A stretch of 64,000 bases of DNA from Lophium mytilinum (lineage: Eukaryota). A model generated the notes under the pieces. The model had not been told where the DNA came from. It did not search any database and saw only the letters and a list, made by a program, of their open reading frames with translations. A program made the position numbers and the translations under genes. The stretch is from contig MU004185.1 in assembly GCA_010093605.1 (NCBI GenBank), positions 889,334-953,333 on the forward strand, read 5' to 3'. How positions within the stretch are numbered: position 1 is the stretch's first letter; every line of letters begins with the position of its first letter. Shown piece by piece: positions 23,368 through 36,674 of this stretch.

Positions 23368-24437
23368 GTTTGCGATTATTCTTCTTGTTCGCTAAGCAGA
23401 AATGGTAGATGATGCGAAGCATCAATACGAAGGAGACAAAGCCGTTATATATGACGATGGAAGAGGATCTACAAATTATGCTGCCTAAATATCCGGTTGT
23501 CTTACGGCCGCAAATCCCAGAAGAAATGGACAAAGAATAGCACTGGCGACCATTGTGATCTTGATGATGACGACAGTATCTAGCAGTGGCTTGGCATTAC
23601 GATCTTTGGAGGTGCATTTCCCTCGGCGATCTGGCCCCCGTTATTTATGGAGTATCCTACCGGCGCTGCGTCTGGTTGGCTCTCCGAAAGCTCTTTAGCT
23701 CCGATCTTGAGCATTGCTAAAACTCCCTCGCGACCTCGACCCCTTCTGGTTAGAAAGCGACAACCACAAACAGCAAACCATATCTCGAAGCATGGGCGGC
23801 CAAGAGTGCTGAATCGGCATGGCCCATTCTCTTGACTGGTAAATTCTCTTTGGATTATTCCTACGCAAGTGAAGGAGAAATGTCTTTCCCTCCTATCTCG
23901 GGCAAAAAGTTCCGTAGGGGACGATGAAACACCGCACGTCTGGTCGGCAATCACCTACAACACCATGCGTCGCAGCCACTTCATCACATCCGTAGGCCAG
24001 ACCTACTTGAGACTGCGACTCGCTGGAACATTGCCTTTTAACCTGCGGTGTCTGAGCCGCCAGAAGGCCCTGGACATGGCGGCCACGCAACGGGACGCCA
24101 AGGCCGTTACAGCCTCCTGCCACGGGCGCCTCCCGTTCAATTACGGGCCCAGTGCTGAGACCTAGCTGCGGTAATGTGCGCCGGGTATCAAACAAAGTTG
24201 TTATTTAGTATGGTGGAGGCCCATTCTTGGGACCTCTCTTGGTTTTGGATCGCGTGGTGATTTTCGCTCACTATCGTCCACCCACGATCTCCTTCTTTTC
24301 AACAGTCTTTTCTTCGCATGTCTTGACGGCGCGATTTGCTACACAGCTGGTCTGCCTTTTTAGTCCTTATATATTTATTTGAAACATCTGAGCGAGCCTT
24401 AGATTATCTATTCGTGGACTGAGTCTGCATTTGAAGC

Positions 24438-25952
24438 ATGAAGAGAATAAGGAGCGGATGGACGTTGGGCCTTCTCGTCATCCTGGAGCTGTTTCTAATA
24501 CCCACTGTTCGTATGGACGTTCAATAAACTTCGGTCAATTGCTAATGGATCACCGATAGATCGTTGCGGATAGTCTCGGAGGTGGATTGGGTCATGGAAA
24601 GGGTGGGATCAAGCAAGCCAATGACGGAATGCAGGCCCATAAGCAGCAAGATGGAAAAGGGGGCTACAAGGGCGCAAATGGCGGCGATAGGAAAGGCAAA
24701 GGCAATGGAAATGGGAAAGGCAACGGAAATAAGGGTAACAACACTGAGCTTGTTGCCATCACGGTCGCGCAGACCATCACGCTGGCAGACTTCAGCCTCT
24801 CGTAAGTGAATGGGGACTCCACGTTTATATTCTTGACTCTGATGGGGTACAGGAATGTCACCGTCACCAAAGAAAAGAAAGTGACCGAAGAAAAGACGGT
24901 GACGGATGTCCAGACCCAGTTTCAGACTGCTCCAGTGCGTTCCTTGGATTGACTGTGGGTTGGAACAGCACAACTGACTTGCCCAGGTCACAGTTACAGA
25001 AACCCAGCATGATCAGATCACAGTCGCTCAGACAGTCTACGCCACGATCACGGCTGTGCAAGTCTCGACTGAGACTATCACATCGATGGCGGTCTCCACA
25101 GTATCTCAGTTTCAGCTCATAACAATGACAGAGAGTGTAAGCTAATTCTGTGTTGAACTCTCTCACCCTTTCTGACGCGCCGTATAGGTCTGCCAAGCTA
25201 GTGCCGCAGAAACGGCTCCCTTCGTTCTCGCATCTTCCGTGTATTCATCGGCATCTCCTGTTCAATCAGCAGCCGCTGTAACGGCACTTACAGACTCCGC
25301 TTTAGCGCTTCCATCTGTCACAGTAGTCCAGCCCTCGACAGTGCTCTCAGTAGACAACACCATGTGCACATGCCAATGCTTGTGTCCTGCGGGAGGCTTT
25401 GATGCACAACCCAACGCTGCACAACCGTTCCAAGTGGCATCATACTCTGCTATGACAGCGGCCGCCCCAGCTATGTCGACTTTGATGACTGTTGCTACCG
25501 TGGCCTCTGAAGCCCCCGCCGCTTCTGCAGCAGCGTCGTCTGGGTTCGGACTTTCCCCTGCAGCATTAGAGTCCACTGCGATTGCAGTGTCGTCATCTCT
25601 TGCGGAATCTAGCTCTTCTGTAGCTTCAGTGGCCGACCCTTCGTCAAGTTCTGCCATACTAGGAGCCGCGTCTTCGGTAGCACTGAGTAGCGTTGCCGCG
25701 TCTACGGACAGCTCGTCCGCCATCACGACAGAAAGCCTGCCTATTGCCTCGTCGATCATTGCATCCTCTCCCGGCGCGGCTTCCACACCGGTAGCATCGA
25801 CAACCTCCAGCGAGGCGATCGCCCTTTCGCAAGTCGCAAATTCGTCCCCAACAGGAGCCGCAAATGGACTCCCCTTTGACCTCAGCACGATCATCCTGCA
25901 GTCGGCAGTAACAGTCAACCTAGGCGCTCGAAACCCGAAGCCTACAGGATGA
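24438..25952 (+). CDS. Secreted low-complexity (Gly/Lys/Asn, Thr/Val, Ser/Ala-rich) cell-surface protein with a CTCQCLCP motif
   Basis: Five exons reconstructed in frame, with introns at about 24507-24559, 24802-24852, 24935-24986 and 25137-25187. Signal-like N-terminus MKRIRSGWTLGLLVILELFLIPT|IVA, then a GKGNG region, VTVTETQ-type repeats and an S/A-rich C-terminus. Confidence 0.65.
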
Positions 25953-26042
25953 GGGGAAGTTTCCAGACACTGGCTGTCTAATACGGCAATCTCCTTTTCT
26001 TTATCACTAATACCCAGAGTACTTTAGCGATCGTTTTGTAGT

Positions 26043-27191
26043 TTAGTCTTCCATTCGAATAGGCATATTATTAGTAAGGCCATTAACCGTAGTGCCTGAT
26101 GTAGCGTCCTTGGTGGATTCTTCTCCTTCCTGGCCATCGGTCTTTGCTTTCTTCTCCTGTCTCTTGACCTCTCGCCTCGGCACCGGCTTCGCGGAGTTTC
26201 CTGCGGGAGACCCTCCATTGCTATTCATAGCATCAGCCTTACGCTTCTTTTGCGCTTCTGCCTTTTCTGCTTTTGACAGTGCCGGCGCTTTGGTCACTGG
26301 CTCTGGCTTCTCCCCACCGTACACCACATCCACGACGCCCCTAAAGCTCGTCCGCTTGAGCTGCGCCGTGACAGTCACACCCCTCGCCTCTTTGCACACC
26401 GCGTCCTTGCCCCTCTCCTGCCCAAGCCCCCACACTGACGCAACATTTATAACATCGGACGGGGCGCGACACGCCAGCGCCGTCTTCGCCTCGCTGCTGA
26501 TGACTAGCCCTCGGCCCCTCGTCGCGCGAATCAGCCCCACCACGTTTCCAATCAGATTTCTCCGTGCGGCACCATCCACAGCTAGTATTCCAGGCGCATA
26601 GCATATCTCGAAGCGCACCCCGCGCTCAATGGCTTGTCCTAGCATCTTGAACTTGAAGTGGAAGCCCAGCCGCTGTGTCAGGTCCATCGAGATGAGGTCG
26701 CAGTCTAGCGACTCGCAGGCTTGTTTGAGGGTGCGTTCGTCTGTGGGCCGGATGGCGAGGATGTCGTAGGCGGCGGAGAGCTGGGAGATGCGGTGGTTTT
26801 GGGAGGGGTCTGCGAGGATGAGGGTGCAGCGGCGGAGGAAGCGGAGGCGAGGGGGTGTGGAGAAGGGGAGGGTTGTCGGGATAGGGCAGGTCTGGTGAGA
26901 AGTTTGTGTCAGCCATAGTAGAGAATTGGTAGCGACTTTCGCCGATAGTGAACACTGTGCGCTATTCTAGAAATATTTATTGAAGTTGTAAAGGGGGCAA
27001 ACTCACCAAGTCGGCGGGCAGCTTCCCTGAAAGTGTATGGGTGAGGGCGACCACATCGTATCCTACTATGAAGAGTCAGAACTGAGGAAGCTGCATTTAA
27101 GCAAACGGGACTTACATTCGTCCAGGAAAGCAATGGTGCGCTGCAGCTCTCTGTCGGCGGCACTCCAAGGGATGTTCAAGTCGTAGAACAT
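26043..27191 (-). CDS. RPP1: RNase P/MRP subunit p30 (Rpp1, PHP fold)
   Basis: MFYDLNIPW start at 27191, then GYDVVALTH, YDILAIRPT, CDLISMDLTQRLGFHFK, AIERGVRFEICY, RATRGRGLVISSEA and CRAPSDVIN. Two 5' introns. Confidence 0.92.
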
Positions 27192-27661
27192 ACTTTCACC
27201 AGTATTCTTGTTATACTGGCCCCGAATAAGTTATGTTGGGTTAGAAAGGTGGTGAGTGGAGCTGTCTAGAGCTGTTCAATGAAATTATTGATCACGTGTA
27301 GCAGCGCCAAAGCCACACAAGCAGCCTGCCGAAACCTGCCACCACGGTCCCTCTCCCAATCCGAGCGTTCCAGAGACTGCCCCGCCATCACCACAACGAG
27401 GGGAGGAAAAGCCTGGCCGCCCTCAGTGCAGTAATCCCTTGCTGCTGACTGCTGTCACCCTCTTCATCACACTGATTCTCCGGCCTTGTGCTTCCGCAAG
27501 CAGCCGCCACTGTCCCCCCGTCTCCCTCATCCTCTAGTCTCCCTGGTATAAACAACACCCCCAGCACCGCTGAGAGCGAGACCGCTGCCAACATCGAGCA
27601 GCCGGTCACTGCGTCGCAACCCTCCAAGCTGGCTATCAACACTACCGGCGCGGCGACCAGT

Positions 27662-28904
27662 ATGGCGCGCGTCTACACGGACGTCAATGCCCAGATGCCG
27701 CGGGCCTACTGGGATTATGACAGCGTCAACATCTCCTGGGGCGTCCTGGAGAACTACGAGGTCGTGCGCAAAATCGGTAACACCACCCGTCCCATCCAAT
27801 CCGCACAAGAGGCTATATTGACACTTATCGCAGGCCGGGGCAAGTATTCGGAGGTCTTCGAAGGCATAAACGTCGTCAACTATCAGAAATGCGTCATCAA
27901 AGTGCTCAAGCCCGTTAAGAAGAAGAAGATAAAGCGAGAGATCAAGATCCTACAGAACCTCTCCGGCGGGCCCAACATCGTCGCTCTGCTCGACGTCGTG
28001 CGGGACAATCAGGTCGGTGGATCCTTCTCGGTAACCAGCTTTCATGTTGATGTGCCTGTGCTGATATGTTCTTTGTTGACACCTGCAGAGTAAAACGCCT
28101 TCCTTGATATTCGAATATGTCAACAACACCGATTTCCGGAGCCTTTACCCTAAATTTGTTGACTACGATGTGCGATACTACATCTATGAACTGCTCAAGG
28201 CGCTGGACTTCTGCCACAGCAAGGGTATCATGCATCGGGATGTGAAGCCCCACAATGTCATGATAGATCATGAGAAGCGTAAGGTAATTTGTCGGCTCGA
28301 CTGGAAGTATGGACGGACACAGGCTGATTGAGTCTAGCTGCGGTTGATTGATTGGGGTCTCGCCGAGTTCTACCATGCGGGAACCGAATACAATGTTCGC
28401 GTAGCTTCACGCTACTTCAAGGGCCCGGAACTGCTTGTGGACTTCCAAGAGTACGACTACTCTCTCGATATGTGGTCGCTGGGCGCCATGTTTGCATCGA
28501 TGATCTTCCGAAAAGAGCCCTTCTTCCACGGCACAAGTAACTCGGATCAGCTCGTCAAGATTGCCAAAGTTCTGGGTACCGAGGACCTGTTTGACTACCT
28601 AGACAAATACGACATCGAGTTGGATGCTCAGTACGACGACATCCTGGGGAGATTCCCGAAGAAGAACTGGCATTCATTCATCAACGCGGAGAATCAGCGA
28701 TTCGTCAGCAATGATGCTATTGATTTCCTTGACAAGCTTCTAAGATATGACCATCAAGTATGTAACCTTCCTGTTGTGCGTTGGAACAATACTAATTGGC
28801 TTCAGGAGCGACTCACAGCGAAAGAAGCCATGGCGCACCCCTACTTCTCGGCCGTACGCCAACAAGCTCTGCAGAACCACAACGCGACCGCCTCACACTC
28901 GTGA
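27662..28904 (+). CDS. CKA1: Casein kinase II catalytic (alpha) subunit
   Basis: MARVYTDVN...[44 protein letters not shown] and [11 protein letters not shown]. Introns 27777-27833, 28013-28088, 28284-28337 and 28758-28805. Confidence 0.97.
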
Positions 28905-29571
28905 CCGATACCCATCTAGTTTTCTTCTATCCCTTTTGGCGTCTGCATACGTACCATATCCTCCCCTCCCGCCCAACCCCTGTCGACCAACTGCTGGATT
29001 GCACCTACTGGCAAGAGTGTCTGGACGCGAAAATGACTTTCCAAATCAACGACATTACCTCGACAAGACTTGCTCATACTGTCTTTGAGCAAAAACATTC
29101 AAATCTGAAATAGACCAGCAGCGGTAGCCACATTAACACTGGGGCTCGGGTCGCTGCCTCTTTACCAACACCCCGGGCGACCTAGATGCAAGTAAAAAGG
29201 TCGTTGAAGGAAAACGGAACGACGCATTATACTGATCTCCTGCGGCGTCAGGGAATCGCGGACACAGTCGTAGGATACTGGGTCGCCGGATGAGATGCTC
29301 TTTTTGGACTATCCCTCGTGATGCATGGAACAGTGGCTTTCCTTCAAGTAGATATCCAAAAGAGATAATGTCTTTAACAGGGGACGCGTGCTGTGACTCC
29401 AAGGCGTACCAAACAGGTTTAGCCAATTCATAATCGCGGGTTATGGGTGTGCTATGAACACTTTGACTGTAGGTAAAACCTCGAAAATGCCCCCCACCTA
29501 GCCTTGGCGCGCTAAAGTTTGACTCACGTGGGTCTTCATGCGGGACCTTCGACTCACAACCGACTTTTTGT

Positions 29572-32500
29572 ATGATCAGAACTATACCCCTCCACCGCGC
29601 GCTGCTCCTGCGCATCCCTCGCACTACCCACTCCATTGCTTCTCCAATCCACTCAATTCGACCTCTGGCTGGACACCAACGCCATACTTTCACGAAAATG
29701 GCGCTTAACGCCGCTTCCCACAACCCCACGGGCGACCCAACTGGCCCTGTGACTGGCGCTCCCCCGAGCCTGAGCGATGACATCAAGAGTGAAATTGTGG
29801 GAGCTGCGAGCTCAGACGCCGTGGGACAGTCCGCGCCTGGCAAGGATGGGGGCGAGAAGGGCGTTGCGAAGAAAGTAAAGACGGAGAAAGAGCTTGAGAA
29901 GGAGCGCAAGAAGGCCGAGAAAGACAAGAAGTTCCAAGAGAAGCAAGCGAAGCTAAAGGGCGGGGACGGAGGCAAAGCTGGGAAGGCGGCTGCGAAGCCA
30001 AAGGAGAAGAAAAAGAAGGAAGAGGCGGAGGTGCTGCCGGCGTACGTCGAGGAGACACCCAAGGGCGAGAAGAAAATCCTGAGGTCGTTAGATGACCCGT
30101 ACACCAAGGCGTATATCCCAAAGGCTGTGGAGAGTGCGTGGTATGACTGGTGGGAGAAGGAGGGCTTCTTCCAGCCCGAGTTTGTGGATGGGGAGGTCAA
30201 GCCTGCCGGACACTTCGTCATCCCAATTCCTCCCCCGAACGTCACTGGAGCTCTACACGTCGGGCATGCTCTCGCTACCGCTTTGCAGGATTTGTTGATC
30301 CGTTGGAAGAGGATGAAGGGCTTTACTACACTGTATCTACCGGGCTGCGATCACGCTGGTATCTCTACCCAGAGCGTTGTGGAGAACATGCTATGGCGAC
30401 GAGAAAAGAAGACACGATATGATCTGGGACGGCCGGCCTTTGTCGAACGAACATTCGCTTGGAAAGAGGAATATCATTCCAAGATCAACAGAGTTCTAAG
30501 GCGAATGGGAGGCAGCTTCGACTGGACACGCGAGGCTTTTACCATGGATAAGAACTTGAGCGCCGCTGTCACCGAGACATTTGTGAGACTACACGAGGAA
30601 GGTCTGATCTATCGCGAAAACAAGCTTGTCAATTGGTGCACGAAACTCAACACAGCTCTCTCGAATCTAGAAGTCGACAACAAGGACTTGGAAGGTCGCA
30701 CACTATTAGACGTCCCAGGCTACGACCGTAAGGTGGAGTTTGGATGCATTACTACATTCAAATATCCTTTGGATGGAGAGGATGGATTCCTTGAAGTGGC
30801 CACCACTCGACCGGAGACTATGCTTGGCGACTCTGGCATAGCTGTTCACCCCGACGACGCGAGGTACAAGCACCTTGTAGGGAAGAAGGCCAAGCATCCC
30901 TTCGTTGACCGACTCATACCTATAATAGCGGATAGCTACGTTGACCCGGAGTTTGGTACCGGAGCAGTGAAGCTCACTCCAGCTCACGACCAGAACGATT
31001 TTGCACTCGGCAAACGACACCACCTTGAGTTTATCAACATCCTGAACGATGATGGCACTTTGAATCATAATGCTGGATCATTTGCTGGCCAGAAGCGGTT
31101 CGATGCTCGCTACACAGTTGTCGAAGAACTTACCAGATTGGGACTCTTCGTGGAGAAAAAGGACAATCCGATGAAAGTAATAGGCTCCTTTTCCCTCAAC
31201 TGAGACTTTTATTCTAATACTAATATAACTTAACTAGGTTCCACTTTGCAGTAAGTCGAAGGATGTGATCGAGCCCCTTATGAAGCCGCAATGGTGGATG
31301 GAAATGAAGGGCATGGCGCAGGAAGCTATCAAGGTCGTTAAGAACGGCGACGTCAAGATTCGACCAGAGAGTGCTGAGAAGACGTATTATCACTGGCTCG
31401 AGAACATCAACGATTGGTGTCTATCACGTCAGCTCTGGTGGGGCCACCAGATCCCGGCGTATCTTGTCAAGTTTGAGGGTCAACAGGTTGACAGCTCAGA
31501 TAACGAGGCGTGGGTGGTTGGCCGGACCGAGGAAGAGGCCAAATCCAAGGCCGAAAAGAAGTTTCCTGGGAAGACATTCACTCTTGAGCGAGACGAGGAC
31601 GTTCTCGACACCTGGTTCTCGTCTGGATTGTGGCCTTTCTCAACGCTAGGTTGGCCAAATCAAACCCATGACCTCGAAAAGCTCTTCCCTACTTCCGTGC
31701 TAGAAACGGGCTGGGTAAGTGAAAGAATCTTCATCGGACTCATCTACCATATACCGAATGCCGTTTTGGCGTACTAACTCACCATGTTTAGGACATTCTC
31801 TTCTTCTGGGTTGCCCGCATGATTATGTTTTCTCTTCATTTGACCGGAAAAATACCCTTTAATGAGGTTTACTGCCATTCTCTCATCCGAGATTCAGAAG
31901 GCAGAAAAATGTCCAAATCTCTAGGAAACGTCGTTGATCCTGTAGATATCATGGACTCCATCACACTACCAGAGTTGCACGAGAAGCTGTTGATGGGCAA
32001 CCTCGATCCTAAGGAGCTCAAGACTGCCGAGAGGTACCAAAAAACAGCGTTCCCTAACGGAATTCCCGAGTGCGGCGCCGATGCCCTGCGTATTGCGCTA
32101 TGTGGATACACCACGGGAGGTGGAGGTAAGTTACCGAACTACTTCCTCGTTCAGCACATGTTTGCTAATTCGTTTCTTCAGACATTGCCTTCGACGTGCA
32201 GGTCCTTCACGGCTACCGTCGATTCTGTAACAAGGTGTACCAAGCCACGAAGTTTGTCCTCGGTCGCATCGGCGAAGACTTTGTCCCGCGAAAAACCGTT
32301 ACGAAGTCAGGGCAAGAGTCTCTGTCAGAACGATGGCTTCTCCACAAATTTTCCAAAGCGGCTAAGGAGATCAACGAGAAACTCGAGGCTAGGGAGTTCA
32401 GCAACTCGACCCAGGTTGCGTACAAGTTTTTCTACAACGACATCTGTGACACATTCATCGAAAATTCGAAAGCGATCTTCGAAGACGAGTCCAGCACGCC

Positions 32501-33247
32501 AGAGCAGAAGGAGAGCGCGAAGAATACACTTTACACTGCGCTAGAGGGCGGTCTCACTATGCTCCACCCATACACACCATTTTTGACTGAGGAGCTTTGG
32601 CAGCGCCTTCCCAGACGCCCAGAAGACTCGTGCCCCTCTATCACACGGGCGAAGTACCCAGAGCACCAGCCCGAAATGGACGACCCGGAGGCAGAGGCAC
32701 AGTATGAGCTCGTAATCGGCTGCTCGGCTGGTATACGTTCGCTCATGGCAGAGGTAAGTTGCATGACCTCTTTTGTCCCTTTTCTTTTAGGACAAATATT
32801 GACTAGAGATTGTAGTACGTAATCAAAGAAGACGGCCATGCCATCGTCCAAGCCCTCACCTCCTCCGCCTTGGCCACTGCAACTGCCGAGACCCTGGCCA
32901 TCAAGGCCCTTGCGGCTAAGGGCGTCGCCACCGTCTCTATCATCGGCCCTGACGCGCCGGCACCTACTGGCTGCGCTGTATACAGCGTCGGCACAAGCGC
33001 GACCGTGTTCGTCGAAGTGAAAGGCCGTGTAGACCTGGACGCGGAGATCAAGAAAGGCACGGAGAAGATGAAGAAGGCCGCGGAGGGTGTAGAGAAGCAG
33101 AGGAAGGTGCTCGGTGCGCCAGACTTTGAGCAGAAGGTCAGTGGAGCTGTGCAGCAGGCTGAGAGGCAGAAGCTGGAAGACTTCCTGGCAGAGCAGCGGA
33201 ATAGAGAGTTGAGCATCCAGCAGTTTCAGCAGTTGAAGCTAGCGTAG
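29572..33247 (+). CDS. VAS1: Valyl-tRNA synthetase, probably dual cytosolic/mitochondrial
   Basis: [13 protein letters not shown] (HIGH), [39 protein letters not shown] and KMSKSLGN. Introns 31177-31237, 31715-31791, 32126-32181 and 32754-32815. Confidence 0.97.
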
Positions 33248-34175
33248 ATGGAGGAGAGGATGGAAGATGTAGAGAGTGTGGTCAAATGAGTGTATGAGAC
33301 ATTAGTTCAAGACCTTAGATCCTTACGGAACATGGTATACACATTGTGATCGATATGATAGACAATGTTGATGGAATGCAAAACATCAGAGTGAATCCTA
33401 ACCCTCGAGGTTTCGTTTCGAAACTTGTAGTGGGCTTCTAATCATACACTAAAGTAGCCCTATTGTCTTTCCTCGCTGAGAATTCGGACCCTTCGCTCAT
33501 GGTTTCTAACATGGTTCTTTGTATCTATTGGTATGTTGGAAATTTCTGACGTACGTGAACCACAGAAACCAGTGCACCTGCAGCTTGAGACATGGTTGTA
33601 GCTATGTTAACGTTCTGTATCTCCACAAACGTGTCATTGAAGCCATGGTATGTTCTACGCCAATCGGTCTTCCGTCCTAGCGGGTAGGTAGCTTTGTGGC
33701 TACTGGTGAGTGAGACTATCTTCGACAAAGGCTGCCTCTGAGTTGAGAACAGCCTGTATCGAAGAATAAAGGATTTGATAGGGAGTCGCGCTTGCAGAGC
33801 TTGCTTTTTTACAACACTGGCACGGTCAATGGCACAGTCAAGGGCATTGGAGCTACAAAGAGCACTAGCTGCAAAACATGCAGCAGCTCCCGTCAGGCCC
33901 AAGAGGACAAGTAGACAATTTCTAGAAGCGTCTCTGGGTGAGGCTGGGGTTGGTCCCGCAATGGCGCATGCACTGCATTCACCCAATGGGAAGGCGTGAG
34001 CTGGGGCACCACCGCGGCGAAATTAGAAAGTAGCTAAACGGCAATCTGTCCTTGACACCAGAGCCCGCTCTACATAAAGAATCCCCCACGATTCATCCTC
34101 CGCCAACCCCAATCCACAACTCTCCCTAAATCACCGAAGAGACCTCTGCCAGCCAGTAGGCAACTCGCTGCCACG

Positions 34176-36122
34176 ATGCGTTTCGGTGTTGTTGCTACCG
34201 CCCTCCTGTCGGCCGCCGTTGTGCGCGCAGACGTCGCCGACGACCTCGAAGAAGGTGTCTCATCTGTGTCTTCTGCCGTCGAGTCTGTGACATCTTCTGC
34301 TCTAGAGAAGCCTACGTTTACGGTATGTTGGCTGCTCTAGTCCAATGCCTACTCTCTAGTGCGCCCTGCTAACGTCGTCTCAGCCCACTACTCTCAAAGC
34401 ACCCTTCCTTGAGCAATTTACCGATGACTGGGAAGCCAGGTGGAAGCCGTCCCACGCCAAGAAGGAAAATGATAAGTCGTCCGAGGAGGAGTGGGCCTAT
34501 GTTGGCAACTGGGCCGTCGAGGAGCCCACCGTGCTAAAAGGGATCGAAGGGGACAAGGGCTTGGTGATCAAGGACAAGGCAGCTCACCATGCCATCTCCG
34601 CCAAGTTCCCCAAGAAGATTGACAATAAGGGCAAGACCCTCGTTGTGCAGTATGAAGTGAAGCTTCAAAGTGAGATTGCTCTTATCTGCTCTACATGAAC
34701 GGGATACTGACAGCCATAGATGGTCTCGAGTGCGGTGGAGCTTATATGAAGCTTCTCCAGGACAACAAGGCCCTCCACGCCGAGGAGTTCTCCAACGCAT
34801 CCCCGTACATCATCATGTTTGGCCCTGACAAGTGTGGTGCCACCAACAAGGTTTGTGTAACTTGCCCTCACAGTGATCTGCTTGCTAATCAGCCATATAG
34901 GTCCACTTTATTTTCCGTCACAAGAACCCCAAGACTGGTGAATATGAGGAGAAGCACCTCAAGAACCCGCCCACTGCCCGCATCGTCAAGACCACCTCGC
35001 TTTACACTCTCATTGTCAAGCCAGACAACACCTTCGAGATCAAGATTGACGGCGAGTCTATCCGCAACGGCACTCTCCTTGAGGACTTCAGCCCCTCCGT
35101 CAACCCGGAGAAGGAGATTGATGATGATAAGGACGAGAAGCCAGAGAGCTGGGTTGATGAGGCCCGCATCCCTGACCCGGAGGCCACCAAGCCCGAAGAC
35201 TGGGACGAGGACGCGCCGTTCGAGATTGTCGACACCGAGGCCACCAAGCCTGAGGACTGGCTCGAGGACGAGCCTGCCTCTATCCCGGATCCTGAGGCCG
35301 AGAAGCCCGAGGATTGGGATGATGAGGAGGATGGTGACTGGATTCCTCCCACCGTCCCCAACCCCAAGTGCGACGAGGCTTCTGGCTGTGGCAAGTGGGA
35401 ATCCCCCATGAAAAAGAACCCAGAATACAAGGGCAAATGGAGTGCGCCTGTCATTGACAACCCAGCTTATAAAGGCGTATGGAAGCCAAAGAAGATCAAG
35501 AACCCGGCCTACTTCGAGGACAAGACACCCTCCAAGTTCGAGCCCATCGGTGCTGTAAGTGATGCTCGACACGTGATAATTCAAACAGGCACTAATATAT
35601 TTGCAGATTGGTTTTGAAATCTGGACCATGCAAAACGACATCCTCTTCGACAACATCTACATTGGACACTCTGTCGAGGATGCCGAGAAGCTCAAGGCGG
35701 AAACCTTCGATGTGAAGCACCCGGCCGAGAAGGCCGAAGAGGAGGCTACCGCCCCCAAGCCTGAGGACCCACCCACTAACCCCCTTGACACCCCCTTCCT
35801 GGAGGACCCTGTCACCTGGATCAAGACCAAGCTCAACCTCTTCCTTACCATTGCCAAGCGTGACCCCATTGAGGCTATCAAGTTCGTCCCTGAGATTGCT
35901 GGTGGCCTTGGTGTTGCTGCCCTTACCGTTCTCGCTATTCTCGGATCTCTCATCTTCGGTGGAGCGTCAGCTCCTTCCAAGGAGCAGGTCAAGGACGCGG
36001 CAAAGAAGGCAAAGGATGCCGCGGTTGAGGGTAAAGACAAGGCGGCCGCGGCGGTCGCCAGCGGTGTCGAGAAGGCGCAGGCTGAGGCCAACAAGCGCAC
36101 TACCCGCTCTACTGCGTCGTAG
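34176..36122 (+). CDS. CNX1: Calnexin
   Basis: Signal peptide from ATG 34176, [31 protein letters not shown]-domain repeats ([28 protein letters not shown]), GFEIWTMQ, a TM segment and a basic tail. Four introns. Confidence 0.96.
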
Positions 36123-36674
36123 GGGTCGAAATGTTAGCAAAGGAAGTGTTGGAGAAGGTTCGTCAGTAAGTGTGATAGAAAGAATCAACCAAAAGTTGGG
36201 CTCGCCGCGGTTAGTGGTGCGAGAGCTGGAGAAGGTGCTATATGCTTGGACTATTCGTGGGGTATCGTCAACGGTCAAACTATTGCTTTAGGGGCCCTGG
36301 TGCTGCTGCGTCTGTACTATAGCTCTCGTGCTGAAGATAATGTTATGACTCAGTTGGAATGAATATATACGTCCATCTCCGCGGTGATGATCGGAGATAG
36401 CCGCCAGCCCGAGGACAAATGGGTCTCGGGGTGGATATATATGGCCCCGAAAGAAAATTGACGCTATTCGGTTTACGTCCGGCAGCTCGGCTTTAGGCGC
36501 GCAGCCCCGCTTGACGATGGCCTACCGATGTCGCTCGAATAAAGCGGATAACAACTACCGCCTTAAAGCTTACGGACTCTTCAAAATTGAGCACTTCCTT
36601 CTTGTGGGAGTTTGGGCAGTCAGGTCAATCTCAGACTCAGCTTCTACAGCTTTCATAACCCTCTCCTCGCAGCT

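Noticed and set aside
29133..30245. 370-aa minus-strand ORF, and similar long antisense ORFs at 25262-25918, 34889-35656 and 37427-38053
   Set aside because: These are antisense shadows of codon-biased genes on the opposite strand and carry no protein motifs.
34040..34053. UPRE-like CAATCTGTCCT upstream of calnexin
   Set aside because: It is an imperfect match to a short degenerate consensus and cannot be supported without conservation data.
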